The notes under the pieces are model-generated. The model was not told where the DNA came from and made no database searches. It saw only the letters and a program-made list of their open reading frames with translations. Of a DNA stretch of 64,000 bases, positions 1 through 12,539 are shown piece after piece. The DNA comes from Lama glama (lineage: Eukaryota), in the NCBI GenBank assembly GCA_028534125.1, contig CM052817.1:47804001-47868000 (forward strand), given 5' to 3'. The position numbers and the translations under genes were made by a program. Position 1 is the stretch's first letter. The number at the start of each line of letters is the position of its first letter.

Positions 1-1179
1 GAGGTTCTGCTACCTCCCTGGGGCACTGCCTAGAAACCAACAGCTGAATCCCACAAGCGTCCCATATAATCTGAGAATCTTTCTCAGTTTTTGATATTTC
101 TACCTCCTCTGTTATAAGCACCACAATCTATTTCCTCCCCCTTCTCTTCCTCATTGTTCAAAAGACATTACTATTCTGTTTTACTTACATTTAACTTATA
201 TGTAAAAAGAACCACCAATTTCTAAGTGTTCAAGAACTCAGGACAATGGCAGGAAATGGGGTCTTCCTGGCCATTCACCATGTGACAAATGGCTTCATCT
301 ATGAACTTATAGCCTTGCTAAGAAGTGTGCTGGAGCTGGCAAGCTTTAGGTCCTTATACTCCCAGGAGATCATTTATGTAGGGTTACCAAAGAGAGGAGG
401 AAAGTACATGAGGTAGTCTCCAGTCTTTCTATCTTGCATTGTATCATGGGAGTATCTCCCCACTTGCTCCCTTGTCAAATATTCTCAAACAAATGAAGCC
501 CACTCAGCAGTGTTCCAGAGAAGAAAACGAAAATATGCAACAAGTCATTTCTGCCAACATGGGTATAAATCATGAAAACTGGCCATGTTTTGTTGAGAAG
601 CACTATCCAGGCCACATCCACAAAGTTTGATGAAATACGTACATTACTTCTATTATTTTGTCCTAAGACTGGGAAAGGGGGTTAGGAATTTCCATTCTTG
701 TTGAAACCATTAAAACAATTTAAACAAAGAAGACTTAACAGAACCCTGAGAACCCAATGGAAATAATCTTGGATGATTATTTAATGCTATCTTAAATGGA
801 AAATAAAAATACTGTTACAACCCATCTGACAGATGACTTAGCATTTTGAACTTTCTAAAAAGGTAATCTGTGTCTTAGGAAAACAACAAGCAGAAGGGAG
901 TCTCCTCCGATATTTGGCCAAGGGTTCTCCTAAAACATACGTCTTTTTCAAACCCCCTAAACCAGTTAACTGAGAGACTTTTAACGGTTCTTAACAGGAC
1001 CTTCTCTCTTCCTCACCTCCTGCTGACTCAGACCTCAACAGCAGTTTGGCCTCTGCCCCAGTATTTCACGGGGCCGGTTCTCACAAAGGTAGGTAGTTTA
1101 ATTCTCCTTAATGGGCATGAAGCACAAGGCTCTTTCTCTGGGGAGCAAGAGAAAAGGTAAAAGAATAGCTCAGACCTTC

Positions 1180-1450
1180 ACTCAATTCTGTCAACAACCT
1201 AAATGCCTACTGACAGGAGAATGGATAAATAAAATATGGCATATCCATGTAAATAGTTACATAGCTATAAAAATGAATGAAGTAGAGTTACTAGTATCAA
1301 CCCAAGAACCCCCAAATCATTGTTTTTGCAGAAACAAAAGGCACATTGCAAAAAGTAGCCTACAGTGTTGATAGTATGTAAGTACAGAAACGTACAAAAT
1401 GATATTGTTTGGTAATCATTCCAAATAGAAATACTAACATTGATTGGAGT
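1180..1450 (+). mobile_element. Old L1 (L1M-type) fragment near the ORF2 3' end
   Basis: caacctaaatgcc...gaatggataaataaaatatggcatatccat motif; translates to QPKCLLTGEWINKIWHIH. Confidence 0.7.
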
Positions 1451-1729
1451 GAAAAAATGTAAAATAAAAAAGTGATTATGCTAGTTACCTCAAAGGTAGG
1501 AGAATGAAGCACTTCTCTCTGATCACAACTTTTTACGTGACATGGATTTTAATTAGGTAACTCTATGTACCTCCCAATATGTTTGGAATAACTCATAATA
1601 GAGTTTAGACCAAATTTAGACCCTTCTTTCATAAAAGTAAGGAAGGGATGAAAAAAGGAGATATTAGTGCTATTGTGGCCTTTCTTCATATTGCTCCCTG
1701 TTTCACTCATGGTTAAACCAAAACTAGCC

Positions 1730-1985
1730 AGAATGGGCTAGGTTATGTCTCACCAACAAACCCCAAAATGTTTGTGGTATAACTAAGCAAAAGTTCAATT
1801 TTCACTCTTACAGAGCAGCTAGCTTCCATACAGTGGCTCCACATTCCAGATGGCTACATACCAACACAAGTTTGTACAATGACCACAACTAAGAAAAAGC
1901 AGGAGTAATTAATCGCACAAAGGATCTCAAGTGCCCCCCAGCATGGCCAGATACATCACATAATCATTCCTTACTTTAAGGGGTC
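1730..1985 (-). mobile_element. Degenerate MaLR (MLT1-type) LTR fragment
   Basis: gctaggttatg...aacaaaccccaaaat...gtgg MLT1-like end; limits approximate. Confidence 0.45.
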
Positions 1986-1986
1986 A

Positions 1987-4380
1987 TGTCTCAGCCTGCA
2001 TTATCCAGCTCCCTCCCCCAACAACAACAACAAAAGCAGAACCTGAGTCAAGTGGATGTCTAAGTCACTGATTTTATAAATTAATCTTAGAAACAGGAGG
2101 AGACTGGGAAGAATTCAGAGGAGGGAAAGGCAGTTCTGGGGGTTGTTAGCAAGCCGATTGTGAGGCTCAGCCACGCTGGGAAGCCTCTCAAGAGCCCCAT
2201 GTCTCAGAATTGCTCATCTGAGTGATTTTTTAAGTGTTTATCCATCTGCTTCCAATTTTATTAGCCAAGAATTGCCCCATGGTAATAACTCTCTCACTCC
2301 TCCTATATGCTTTGGAATGGCTGAACTGGTTCTTGCCAGTGTTCTACACTGGTTTGCAGAAAAACACCAGGGCAAAAAGCAAGAGGCAGGCAATCCAGCT
2401 GAGGCAAGTGGCTGTCAGATTACACCTCTAAGCAGTGGATTGCCGCAGCAATAGTTGGAATGGGAAGGTGGGCTGGAGACTGGAGACTGGGAAGCAGAGC
2501 ATGGGCGTCATCCAGTACAGCTCACCACTGGTAGTGCTCAGACCTACTTGTGTTCACATCAAATCCAACAGGTCACAGAGAAACAAGCTATAGTGCCCAC
2601 TGCTGCAGCTCATCCCAAGGCTATCATGGTGTTCATTATTTCTCTCCTCCATCGTGCATTTGAGATCTCCCTAATCCTTGGGCAATAACTCAGTAGCTCC
2701 AGATTTCTTGCTTAGTGAGAAATCCATGAGGTGAGAAGTCAAAGCTTTGAATCATTTTACTGTGGTTTAATCATGGTTGCTGCAGTTACCTATCTACAGT
2801 CATGACTGGACATACAAGCTGCAAGATGGTCTCCTGGATTCCAGATGTACTCCTCGCCCCCACTGTTGACATCTCTGTCACAGGTAATCGGGATCAGTCA
2901 TTCCCATCTGTACAATAACTCTTGTATTTGTTTGATGGTTCAACAGCATTAGGAGTTGAATGATAAGGTAGTAATGGAGACTCAGGCCATTTGAATCCTT
3001 ACCTCTGGTAGAAGTATTTCCCTGCTAGGATGCAGGACCTCTATTCCTGTGGAGCCAAGGAAAAAGCAACACAAATTCCAAAAGAGGGTCACTTGGGGCA
3101 ATGGTAAGATGGGCCAGTCCTCCCTGTAACCTTTGGTTCCCATTCCCATATGTTCTAGTTATTGAGGACACAGCACCATGTATCACAAAAGGTAAACCAC
3201 TGTTTCAGTGCATATACTGCATTCTGAAGGACAGGCCCCCAAACCAGTGGTGTGCTGGTAAGCTGGCTTCTCTTCAAAGTCATCTCTTGCTCTGGTCTCA
3301 TTCAAACATAGTCAACTTTTGAGTCACTAATAAATGAGTCGGAGAAGTATTCCCAAAAGCCACTTCTAAAACCCAAAAGAAGATTACCAAATGCAGAGTC
3401 TCATTTTTCCAGAATATCTATACACTTTACCTGTATGACAGGCCCCTGAATCTTCCTGGAGTTTCTCTCACCCTCTACAACCCACGTGTCCTGAGACATC
3501 AGAGTACATCCTAGTTCCTATTCAACATGCCCAGTTAGCCATATGTCAAGTATACAGTGTGCCAGGATGACATTCTGCAGGAAGTCAAGAAATCCATGGT
3601 CTTCAGACTATAATGTTACAAAGAACAGGAGAGTTAACATAACCACGGGACAAGACAGTGCCTGTGTGTGGTGATTACAGGAGATACGGTGTCAGTCCTG
3701 CCGTGAAGGCTTTCTGAATTTCACAGCACGGTCTGAATTGGTAAGTGGCAAAACTGAGCCTGTTGTTTTCTTTTTTCAAAGTTTCTAAAGCAGCTAACAA
3801 AATGAGACAACTCCACAATTATTGGCACAATATTACTCAATGCTGTTACTCTACAAGCCAAAGGCTTACTATCTTCTGTACTTCTGAACCCCCTCACAGA
3901 AGTTTTAATTATACTGATGCTACTGCATGCCAAGGGTTATAGCACCTACCACCAGCAATGGGGTGTGATCACTGTGACCAGTGAATTGCCATTTCTAGAA
4001 TCCTATCTTGATGTCTGCTAGAAAAATAATACTAGCGCTACTTAATGTACCAACTATCCTAGCCTGGGTTTCCCCTATAAGCAGAGACTGAGACGGAGCT
4101 TGCATACAAGCATTTTATTTAGGCATGTACTCACTCTCTAGAATGGTTCCTCAGAGGAATCATTTAGAATGTCAAAATTCTCTGCCTGCGGATGGAAAAG
4201 AGTAGCATTACCTACCAATTTCTATCCCCACAGTCTAGACTTATTTCATGGAGTGGTAACTCTCATCCTTCCAGCTTTGAACATTCATCAGAATGACAGA
4301 GTGCTCAGATATCCCACGCAGATGTGGCAGAGAAACCCTGAGGCAGAAAAATGGCCAGTTATGGTAAAACTACATCCATT
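1987..4380 (-). mobile_element. Ancient ERVL-class remnant (LTR16/LTR33-like ends with decayed internal sequence)
   Basis: Two related segments at about 1987-2100 and 4056-4130 (agcct...aagcaga.ctgag), with retrovirus-like decayed sequence between; family from recall. Confidence 0.45.
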
Positions 4381-4399
4381 AAGAATTAAAAACAGAAAA

Positions 4400-4718
4400 A
4401 AGAAAAAAAGAAGACACTAAAGAACTCATCTACCAAACAGAAACAGACTCACATAGTAAACGATCTTATGGTTACCAGGGGGAGGGGGTAGGAAGGGATA
4501 AATTTGGGAGTTTGAGATGTGCAAATGTTAACCACTATATATAAAAATAGATTAAAAACAAATTTCTTCTGTATAGCACAGAGAACTATATTCAATATCT
4601 TGTAACAACTTTTAATGAAAATGAATATGAAAACAAATATATGTATATATACATGACTGGGACATTATGATGTACACCAGAAATTGACACACTGTGACTG
4701 TACTTCGATAAAAAAAAG
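4400..4718 (+). mobile_element. 5'-truncated cetartiodactyl/camelid L1 3' end
   Basis: aaacagaaacagactc...ctgtatagcacag...aaattgacac...A-tail; same family recurs about 10 times in the window. Confidence 0.88.
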
Positions 4719-4954
4719 GACGTTTAAGTCCTAAGCCAATGCCCCCAAAATCAGTATTGCAAACTTCTAATTTTATAGCTCCCATCTTTTTCAAAGTATG
4801 CAGAGCTTCTCTATCAAAAATTTGTATCAACATCTTTCACCCATGTACTACTCTTAATTTAGTTCTTTTAAATGAAATTGTATTTTAATAACTAGAAGAG
4901 GACTGAAAATAACTGAAAAATAGTACCATGGAAAATATATGTTCTTGCTGATAG

Positions 4955-5145
4955 TAGAGCACTGGTTTAGAGGTGGCTCTGGATCAAAATGCTTGATTTT
5001 AAATTCAGATTCTACCTACTAGAAAACTCTCAGGCTCAGTTTTATCTATAAAAAAGTGATGATATATATTTCATGTGTTGTCATAAAGATTAAATGAGGA
5101 AATTCAAATGTCTAGCATCGTGCATAGCAAATGTCAAGCTCACTC
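4955..5145 (+). mobile_element. MIR SINE
   Basis: MIR core-like ctcagtttt.atctataaaa...aagattaaatgag. Confidence 0.6.
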
Positions 5146-5993
5146 CTTGTTAGTGTTTTAGTAGTATGCCTGTGGTCTGACTATTCGCAACAACATTAAT
5201 CCCTTTCCTCCAAAAAGGTTGGGGAAAGCCACTTATTAATCTAGCCAGTCCAGGTTGTTGAGCAAACACTTAGACCACAATAGCTACAGTGTAGAAATCG
5301 AGATATTACTAATAAGTACCTACATAGTCTTGGAAATTCTTTTTTAGCTAGTTCACTAAGTATTTTATTTAAATGCCAATAGATTTTATTGTAATTTGAC
5401 AACCTTGGAGTAAATTTAAGAGTGACCTAAAACATGAGTTGATAATTAAAAGAAACATTCTTCTTGAAAATAATCCTCACCACTTCTCCAACGTTTTACT
5501 ATAAAACAGTAACCTTCTCAGTAAAACTTCCAGATTCCTTTTTTGTAAAATTTATAATGTTCTGCCTACCAATACATACACAAGGACAACCAGCATCCTT
5601 TTTGTTTTGATAACCTTGGAATAGTTAAATTCTTAAGCATTTGTACACATCTTAGGCAATATATCACAAAGGCAATGCAAAAGATAAGAGAAAAAAGGTA
5701 ATAAAGGAAAATGGTGATCATTTTCTTTTTCTTACCGTTAGCAATCTGCCCAGAGGAAAAGAGGAGTTGGTTTATCTAATATTTATATACTTTCCTTGTG
5801 GTTGTTCCCTGCTGTTCTATATGCTGTAAAATCCATACGTGCTTTATTTTATTTAATTGCCTGTAGCTGTTCTACTTCTTACTTTTGTGATTAAGTTAAA
5901 ATATTTTTTATTGATTAGAAGGGGTAGAAATGAATACAGCATAATCACGTCTAATTCTCATTGGTACTCAGTGACTTGAAAAACATACTGGTC

Positions 5994-6974
5994 ATACAAC
6001 TCAATAACCAAAAAAGAAAGAAAGAAAGAAAACAGCCCAATCAAAAAATAGGCAAAAGATGTAAACAATTATTTCCCCTGTGAAGACATAGAAGTGACCA
6101 ATAGGCACATGAAAAAAATGCTCAGTATCACTAATTATCAGAGAAATGCAAATCAAAACTACAATGAGGTATCACCTCACACCAGTCAGAATGGCCATCA
6201 TGCAAGTCTACAAATGATGAATGCTGGAGAGGGTGTGGAGAAAAGGGAACCCTCCTACACTGCTTGTGGGAATGCAGTTTGATGTAGCCATTATGGAAAA
6301 CAGTATGGAGATTCCTCAAAAGACTGAAAATAGACTTACCCTATGATCCAGCAATCCCACTCCTGGGCATATATCTAGAGGAAACTCTAATTCAAAAAGA
6401 TATATGCACCCCAATGTTCATAGCAGCACTATTTACAATAGCCAAGGCATGGAAACAACCTAAATGTCCATTGACAGATGACTCGATAAAGAAGTTGTGG
6501 TATATTTATACGATAGAATACCAGTCAGCCATAAAAAAAAATAATAATAAAATAATACCATTTGCAGTAACATGGATGGACCTGGAGACTGTCATTCTAA
6601 GTGAAGCCAGAAAGAGAAAGAAAAATAACGTACAATATACTTACATGTGAAATCTAAAAAAATGACACAGATGAACCAATTTACAAAACAGAAACAGACT
6701 CACAGACATAGAAAATAAACTTATGGTTACCAGAGGTGGAAGGAGGGGTGGAGGGATAAACTGAGAGTTCAGGATTTGCAGATAATACTATATTAAGAAA
6801 TATATAAACAGCAAGGTCCTACTCTACAGCACAGGGAACTATATCCAGTATCTTATAATAGCCTATAATGAAAAAGAATATGAAAAAGAATATACATCTA
6901 TGTAGAAGTGAATCACTATGCTGTACACCAGAAATTAACACTACATTGTAAACTGACTATACTTCAACAGAAAA
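5994..6974 (+). mobile_element. L1 fragment, ORF2 C-terminus plus 3' UTR
   Basis: ORF track 6414-6650 MFIAALFTIAKAWKQPKCP is the L1 ORF2 C-terminal signature; frameshifted. Confidence 0.93.
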
Positions 6975-7581
6975 GGCACACTTGTCTTTAAAAAAAAAAA
7001 AAGAAAGAAAATGTTCTTGGGAAATTAATGATTATTTGCCAGTTTATTATATAAGGCTTCCTAAACTACTATAGCCTTGTTAGATGGAGCCATGGTAGAA
7101 GTTGTTTTCTCTAATTTTATCTCAAATTTTCCTTTTAAAATAAATGAAGTAACCTTGCTTAATAAGCCATTTATATTTGTAAGATTTTCTAACTCCTACA
7201 TTCTGTAAGATATATTTATATAATAGCATCTTTTGTTTTAAATATATAGGAATCATTTGCAGATTTACATGAAAATCCAAGTAAAATTATAAATTGGTTT
7301 ATTCATCAAAACAGTGATTTATTTTACCCTGATTTCAATGAGCAAGAACAAATTATGGACTTCTATCTTAGTCTTTAATTTTAAACACTAGATATTTAAA
7401 TTCCTCCATGAAACTGATTATTGCTCAGGATTTACCATGTTGAGTTTCTGTGCTAGCTGTTGGGAATACCTAGATGAACAAGTTTTAGTGCAAATAAGAG
7501 CACTATGGGAGAGCACAGCACAGAGAAGGAAGACTCAGAGCAGCCTAGAAATCCAGGTCTCTTCTACCATCCAGGGTAGCA

Positions 7582-7954
7582 CAGTCACCCCTCAATATCC
7601 TGGGGAGATTGGTTCCAAGACCCCCACAGATATCAAAATCCAAGGGTGTTCAAGTCCCCTCTATAAAATGCTGTAGTATTTGCATATAAGCTACAAATAT
7701 CCTCCTGTATTATTTTAAATCATCTCTAGGTTACTTATGCTAGTTAATACAATGTAAATATTATGTAAATAGCTGAAAATACAGTGTAATGCTATGTAAA
7801 CAGCTGTCAATACAACCTAAGTGCTATGGAAATAGTTGCTATGGAAGGCAAATTCAAGTTTTGCTTTTTGGAACTTCGAAATTTTTTTAATACTTTCAAT
7901 CCAAGGTTGGTTGAATCTGAAGATATGGAACCTGCAGATATGGAGGGCCAACTG
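7582..7954. mobile_element. MER2-like (TcMar-Tigger) DNA transposon
   Basis: Terminal inverted repeats CAGTCACCCCTC / GAGGGCCAACTG followed by TA; typical MER2 internal sequence. Confidence 0.85.
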
Positions 7955-8644
7955 TATACCATATGCCTACTCAAAATTCTTCCTAACACATCCTTCCCCA
8001 AACTATGTGTCCCTTCCAGTATTTTCTATCCCAGAAAATGACATTAGTACTCTCTCACTTAAGCCAGAAACCTAAGGACTCACCACTGCTGTACCCTCCC
8101 AACATCTAATTAACGATCATCCCCTAATTCTGTTCTCAGGATAGAGTCTCTTCATTCCATTGCCAATACCGCACGCCAAGCCACCGCCATCCCTTGCTTG
8201 GGCTTCAAAGCAGCCTTCAAACTGGTCTCTCTGCATCTATTCTTATCCAACCCCCTCCATTTTCCACGCATACTCACCACTCAGCCCACTCATTGTTTTC
8301 ATCATCTGCCTTACTAGGTGGATTAGCAGGTCCATGAGGACCATGCAGGTCTGCATGCAGGTCTAGTACCAACAGCTTTAATGACAGCTGGCATGAAGTG
8401 CTATCAATTAAATGTATGTTAAATGAATAAGTGGAAGCCTTCTCCTATTGTAAGATAAGAAAGCAAACACACAAAATAGCACAGGAGGGCTTCCAAGGAG
8501 AAGAGCGTAGACCTCTGGAGGCCCAGCAGCACAAGGTGAACCACAAGCTCATTGAACCACAAACAGTTCAGCTGTACTAAATCTTAATGTGCAGAGTCCC
8601 TTACAGAGGTAGGTAAGATGAAGTTACAAATGTTAAGAACAGGC

Positions 8645-8876
8645 TTTTTTCTTTTTAATTGAAGTACAGTCCATTCACAATGTTGTGTTAATTTCTGTTG
8701 TACAGCATAGTGATTCATATATATATAGATATAGATATAGATATATAGATATATATACACACATATATTCCTTTTCATATTCTTTTTCATTATAGCCTAT
8801 TACAAGATACTGAATATAGTTCCCTGTGCTGTATCGTAGGACCTTGTTGTTTGTATATTTTACACATAGCAGTTAG
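8645..8876 (-). mobile_element. L1 3' end (antisense) with (TA)/(TAGATA)n microsatellite at about 8716-8765
   Basis: Reverse complement of the same L1 3' UTR family; T-rich tail at the left. Confidence 0.88.
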
Positions 8877-9285
8877 TGTTACAGCAGCCTGAATCCCACT
8901 GAGAGACCAAGTGACACTCAGAGGGTTGGAGGACTCAGCTTTCTTACACCAGCGGGCCCAGAGGAGTTAACTCTCCACGTTCTGGACCCCATCTATAGGT
9001 TAACAAAGACTTTTATAGGGCTTTAGGTTTTGATTAAGTTTGTGCCAAATGCACATGAGGTGTTAGACATGGACCAAACAGGAGTGAGCTTTCAGGAATA
9101 AATGGAATTTTAGGGGTAAATGCTAATAAAGTGTTAGAAATGGACCAATCAGGAGTGAGCTTTTGGGAACCAATGGAATTTTGGGGGTAAGTTTCATTTC
9201 CCTAGAAGCAAGACTTGCAAAAGTGGGAAGGCATTGGCCTTGCCTGGGAGGTCTTGCTGGTCCTTTTGTGGGTTTCGCCCCTTCA
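8877..9285 (-). mobile_element. Solo LTR, ERV1-type
   Basis: TG...CA termini, exact 4-bp TSD TTAG (8873-8876 / 9286-9289), minus-strand TATAAAA at 9011-9017, internal 60-bp direct repeat. Confidence 0.8.
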
Positions 9286-10407
9286 TTAGTATTAACTAAA
9301 GAGTTGTAAGCAAGGAGGCAATAAAATGGTCCTATTTGCATTTTAAATAAATGACAGCAATGGAGGAAAGACTGGTCTAAAATTACATTAGTTATAATGC
9401 TTTAATTGCAAGTAAATGCAGCTTGAATAAGCTTAAGTAAAAAGAGACTTATTAGGATACTGAAATTTCTCATGCGAGTCAAGAAAGTGGTGGGTTATGA
9501 GAGCACTCGGCACTTTATGCTACTAACATTCATTTGGTCAGCTCATTTATCAGGGAAAGATACTGACAATGCACTTTGATAGTATAAAGAGAATCTGAAT
9601 GAAAAGAACAGTCTGGCAAATGAAATCAACTTGAAGAAGGTCATTTCTACTGGAATATTATAATGGAAGAGTTTTAAGCAGCCTGTAACAACCTAAAAAA
9701 CGTTAAAGACATTCCTTTGATAAAGAGTGTAAGATTTAAGAGTTACTAAAGGAACAGAATGTGTCAGGGAAGGAACTAAAGATGGGCTTTGTCTCCCAAT
9801 TTTGCCTAGAAATAGCTTTGTTTAGGGAAAAACTTACATTTCTTCTGAAGCCAATAGCAAGACAGAGAAACAGGTAGGAGGGGACTTCAAATCAGTTTTT
9901 TAATTAGTTTATATTACATCAATTTCATGTGTCCAATAATCTATTTCAACTTCTGCATATGTTTTTTGATTCTTTATGAGCAAAAACTCCTGCAAAACTT
10001 TACAGCTGAAATAGTTAATGAAAATTCTGTTAAAGTATCTGTTTCCATTACGAATTTCTGAGTTGCTGTAACTACTGCTGTAACAGAGTGTCAGAAGATT
10101 TCACTTGGTCTTTTTTCACCCTTCTCCCCTCATCTGATTTACTAAAGTAATCATGGCAACATGAGACATCTCGTTTAAGCCAATTATTTCTTTCCAGTTT
10201 TAGAATCGCTGTGAACAATCAACATTTGAAAGAATTAAGGAAAGTAACATAAATAAGACTGAGTTAAGGTTCGTGTACACTCAAATTGTTAGCACGTAAG
10301 TTCCAGTTTTCATTTGGAAAAAGATAAAGTCAAGAGGATGCATTTGGCAGCTTGTGTAGAGATTTCTCAAGAGAACACCTAAGTGAGATGTTGCAACTTT
10401 TGCTACA

Positions 10408-10420
10408 GTTTATCATTAAA
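10408..10420 (+). promoter_or_regulatory. Distal HNF1-like site (about -2 kb)
   Basis: GTTTATCATTAAA, 11/13 match, with C/EBP-like TTATTGCAAAA just downstream. Confidence 0.5.
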
Positions 10421-11794
10421 CCAAAGTGGCAGATGTTATTGCAAAAGCAGAGATAAAGTTATAATTCTTAAAAAAACGAACTGGCTGATCTTAAGTTCTA
10501 TAACAAAATTAATGGGAAACAATCTAGAGTATCTTTGAAAGAACTAATCAGAAGATGAAATACTGCTAAATAAAAAAACTACAGAAGTGCGTATATTGTA
10601 TTATCTTAAAAATAGAAACTGTGGTGTGTTAATAGTTAATTCTCTGAGTTCTGGGTTTCTTGGCTTTTTAAAATGTTTTGGCACTTGTTTAGAGTTTCTT
10701 TATTTCCAAATAATTTATAGTAAGACTAAAACACATTTTTTAATTAACTTGCAAAGTAAATTAAGAGTTTAGCCGAAGAAGTTTGGAAGACTTGTAGTAG
10801 GCAGGAAGCTGATCTTTGAACAGCAAGACTATCTTGCCATATTGCCTCTAGCAATATTTAGAGTTTCTTCTAATCTTTACCACGTGGATTTCCATCGGCT
10901 TTAGAGATAGCTCTGCTTAATTCTTGCTTAGTTATCCTTTTCAACTAGCTGAGCTCCATTTTCTGAACTTAACACTCAACTGTTTTCAATATAGAAGGAG
11001 AATCTGACTAGAAATGTAACTGCTTCATGCAGTTTGAGATTTTGATGGAATCTTTCCAGGCAGTTAATTGCTTAGCTTCTAAATTGATACCAGACTTCTA
11101 TATCACTTTTTTGTGATAGTCCTAAACCCACAATATAGGGCTGGCTCTAAGATACTTCCACTGAGTTCCAGACCTCATTAGATCCAGTAATCTTCTCAGA
11201 TATTATAAATTTAGAGAGGCAGTGAAGAAAATGGGCAATAATTAGAATAAGAGCAATAGTTACCAGTGCACGCCACCACGTTTGATGTTACAGAAGACCC
11301 TGCACATTATCTTAATTAAGCTCACAACCATCTTGTGACAAAGGTACACCACTTTGTATAGGAGAGAAACAAGTCTTAGAGAAACAGAATGATCTCCCAA
11401 GGTTACACAGCCAATAAGAGCTGAGTAGGGATTTTATTCCAGTCAGTGTACCCAACCCTTATCTGACCCTGTTTCCTAAAAAGAGGACTACTGTGAGAAC
11501 CAGATCCTGACCCGATTCCAATGATGGAGTGAATCATAACTCCCTGTGCCTCTCTTCCGTAACATGATGATGGATTCTGCATTCTACAAGGCCAGCTGTG
11601 AGCTCTCAAGTTCTATTATCTTAAATTATACTAATTGTACAGTATTAGAAAAAAGAACTTCAAATTAGCTCTAGTAGTCCAAGATTTGCCACTGACTTTT
11701 GTGATTTGGGGCAAATCATTTAACCTCCCCAGTTATTTACTTCACTTCAAGAGTTATTTCTAATATGTATGTCAGTGCTTTAGAAAGATATGTG

Positions 11795-11868
11795 GCGGGG
11801 TGGAGGGAGGGAGGGAGGTATAGCTCAGTGGTAGTGCCTAAGGACTTTCATTAAAAAAATTTTTTTTT
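11795..11868 (+). mobile_element. Internally deleted vic-1-type SINE
   Basis: G-rich head plus A-box TAGCTCAGTGG (11821-11831), no B-box, A/T tail, imperfect TSD aagatatgtg / aagatgtatg. Confidence 0.6.
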
Positions 11869-12236
11869 AAGATGTATGTAATATAGCACATACTATATAT
11901 AGTACTATAGCACAGTACTATCCCATCATCTTAAATAAAATTTATAGCATTGAAATTACGGATCTGAGCAATTGTGGTAAGTTGGCGTCTCACTTTTTCC
12001 CCTTATTACTTAAACCTCTAGTCTGTGGTATTTTAAGATAATCCTTATTTGTAGCAGGTTTAAACAGAGGAAGACCTCCAAGTTTCCATTTATACCCTTG
12101 AGAAGGGTGGGGACACATAAAGAGGGAGAATGTGTCCACTAATACATTATATAAGCTTTGGTATTAAAAAAAAAAAAAACACAGTGGGAGAGAAAAAAAA
12201 TCTACATATACCCTGACTCTTTTGTAGTCCGACAAA

Positions 12237-12249
12237 GTTAATGATTAAA
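12237..12249 (+). promoter_or_regulatory. HNF1 site, proximal promoter
   Basis: GTTAATGATTAAA, 12/13 match to GTTAATNATTAAC; HNF1 is an established regulator of the GC promoter. Confidence 0.8.
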
Positions 12250-12355
12250 TCTCCTCGATTTTCCACTACATTTTCCCCAGGTTATCTATTTGCCTTCATT
12301 GATGATATTTTATCTCTTGTGGGCCAAGGATGACTGCCCTTGGTTCTGTGTAGAG

Positions 12356-12396
12356 ATTAATAATTGATTAGTCCATAGTCAGGAATCTCAGTAAAA
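12356..12396 (+). promoter_or_regulatory. Second HNF1-like site and non-canonical TATA-like element
   Basis: ATTAATAATTGAT at 12356-12368; GTAAAA at 12391-12396, about 90 nt upstream of the ATG; TSS inferred near 12420. Confidence 0.6.
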
Positions 12397-12481
12397 GGGG
12401 AGTGGTTACTTTTGGCTGCCATGTTTTTTACTGGGTAACCTACAGGAGACAGGGGGTCCTGCAGGATTTGCCCGCAGAAAA

Positions 12482-12539
12482 ATGAAGAGGATCCTGGTTT
12501 TCCTGCTTGCTGTAGCATGTGTGCGTGCTCTAGAGAGAG
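12482..12539 (+). CDS. GC: GC exon 1 coding part (signal peptide)
   Basis: ATG at 12482 gives MKRILVFLLAVACVRALER(G), matching the DBP N-terminus; 58 nt, donor AG|GTAAGA at 12540. Confidence 0.97.

Noticed and set aside
230..640. Possible pseudogene or transposase fragment around ORF 439-630
   Set aside because: The track ORF and the reverse frame I translated gave nothing recognisable; a translated search would be needed
6094..6650. ORFs of 62-78 aa
   Set aside because: Frameshifted L1 ORF2 remnants and their antisense, not host genes
9060..9191. Spaced direct repeat, considered as CRISPR-like
   Set aside because: Only two diverged copies inside an LTR in mammalian DNA; a typical U3 duplication
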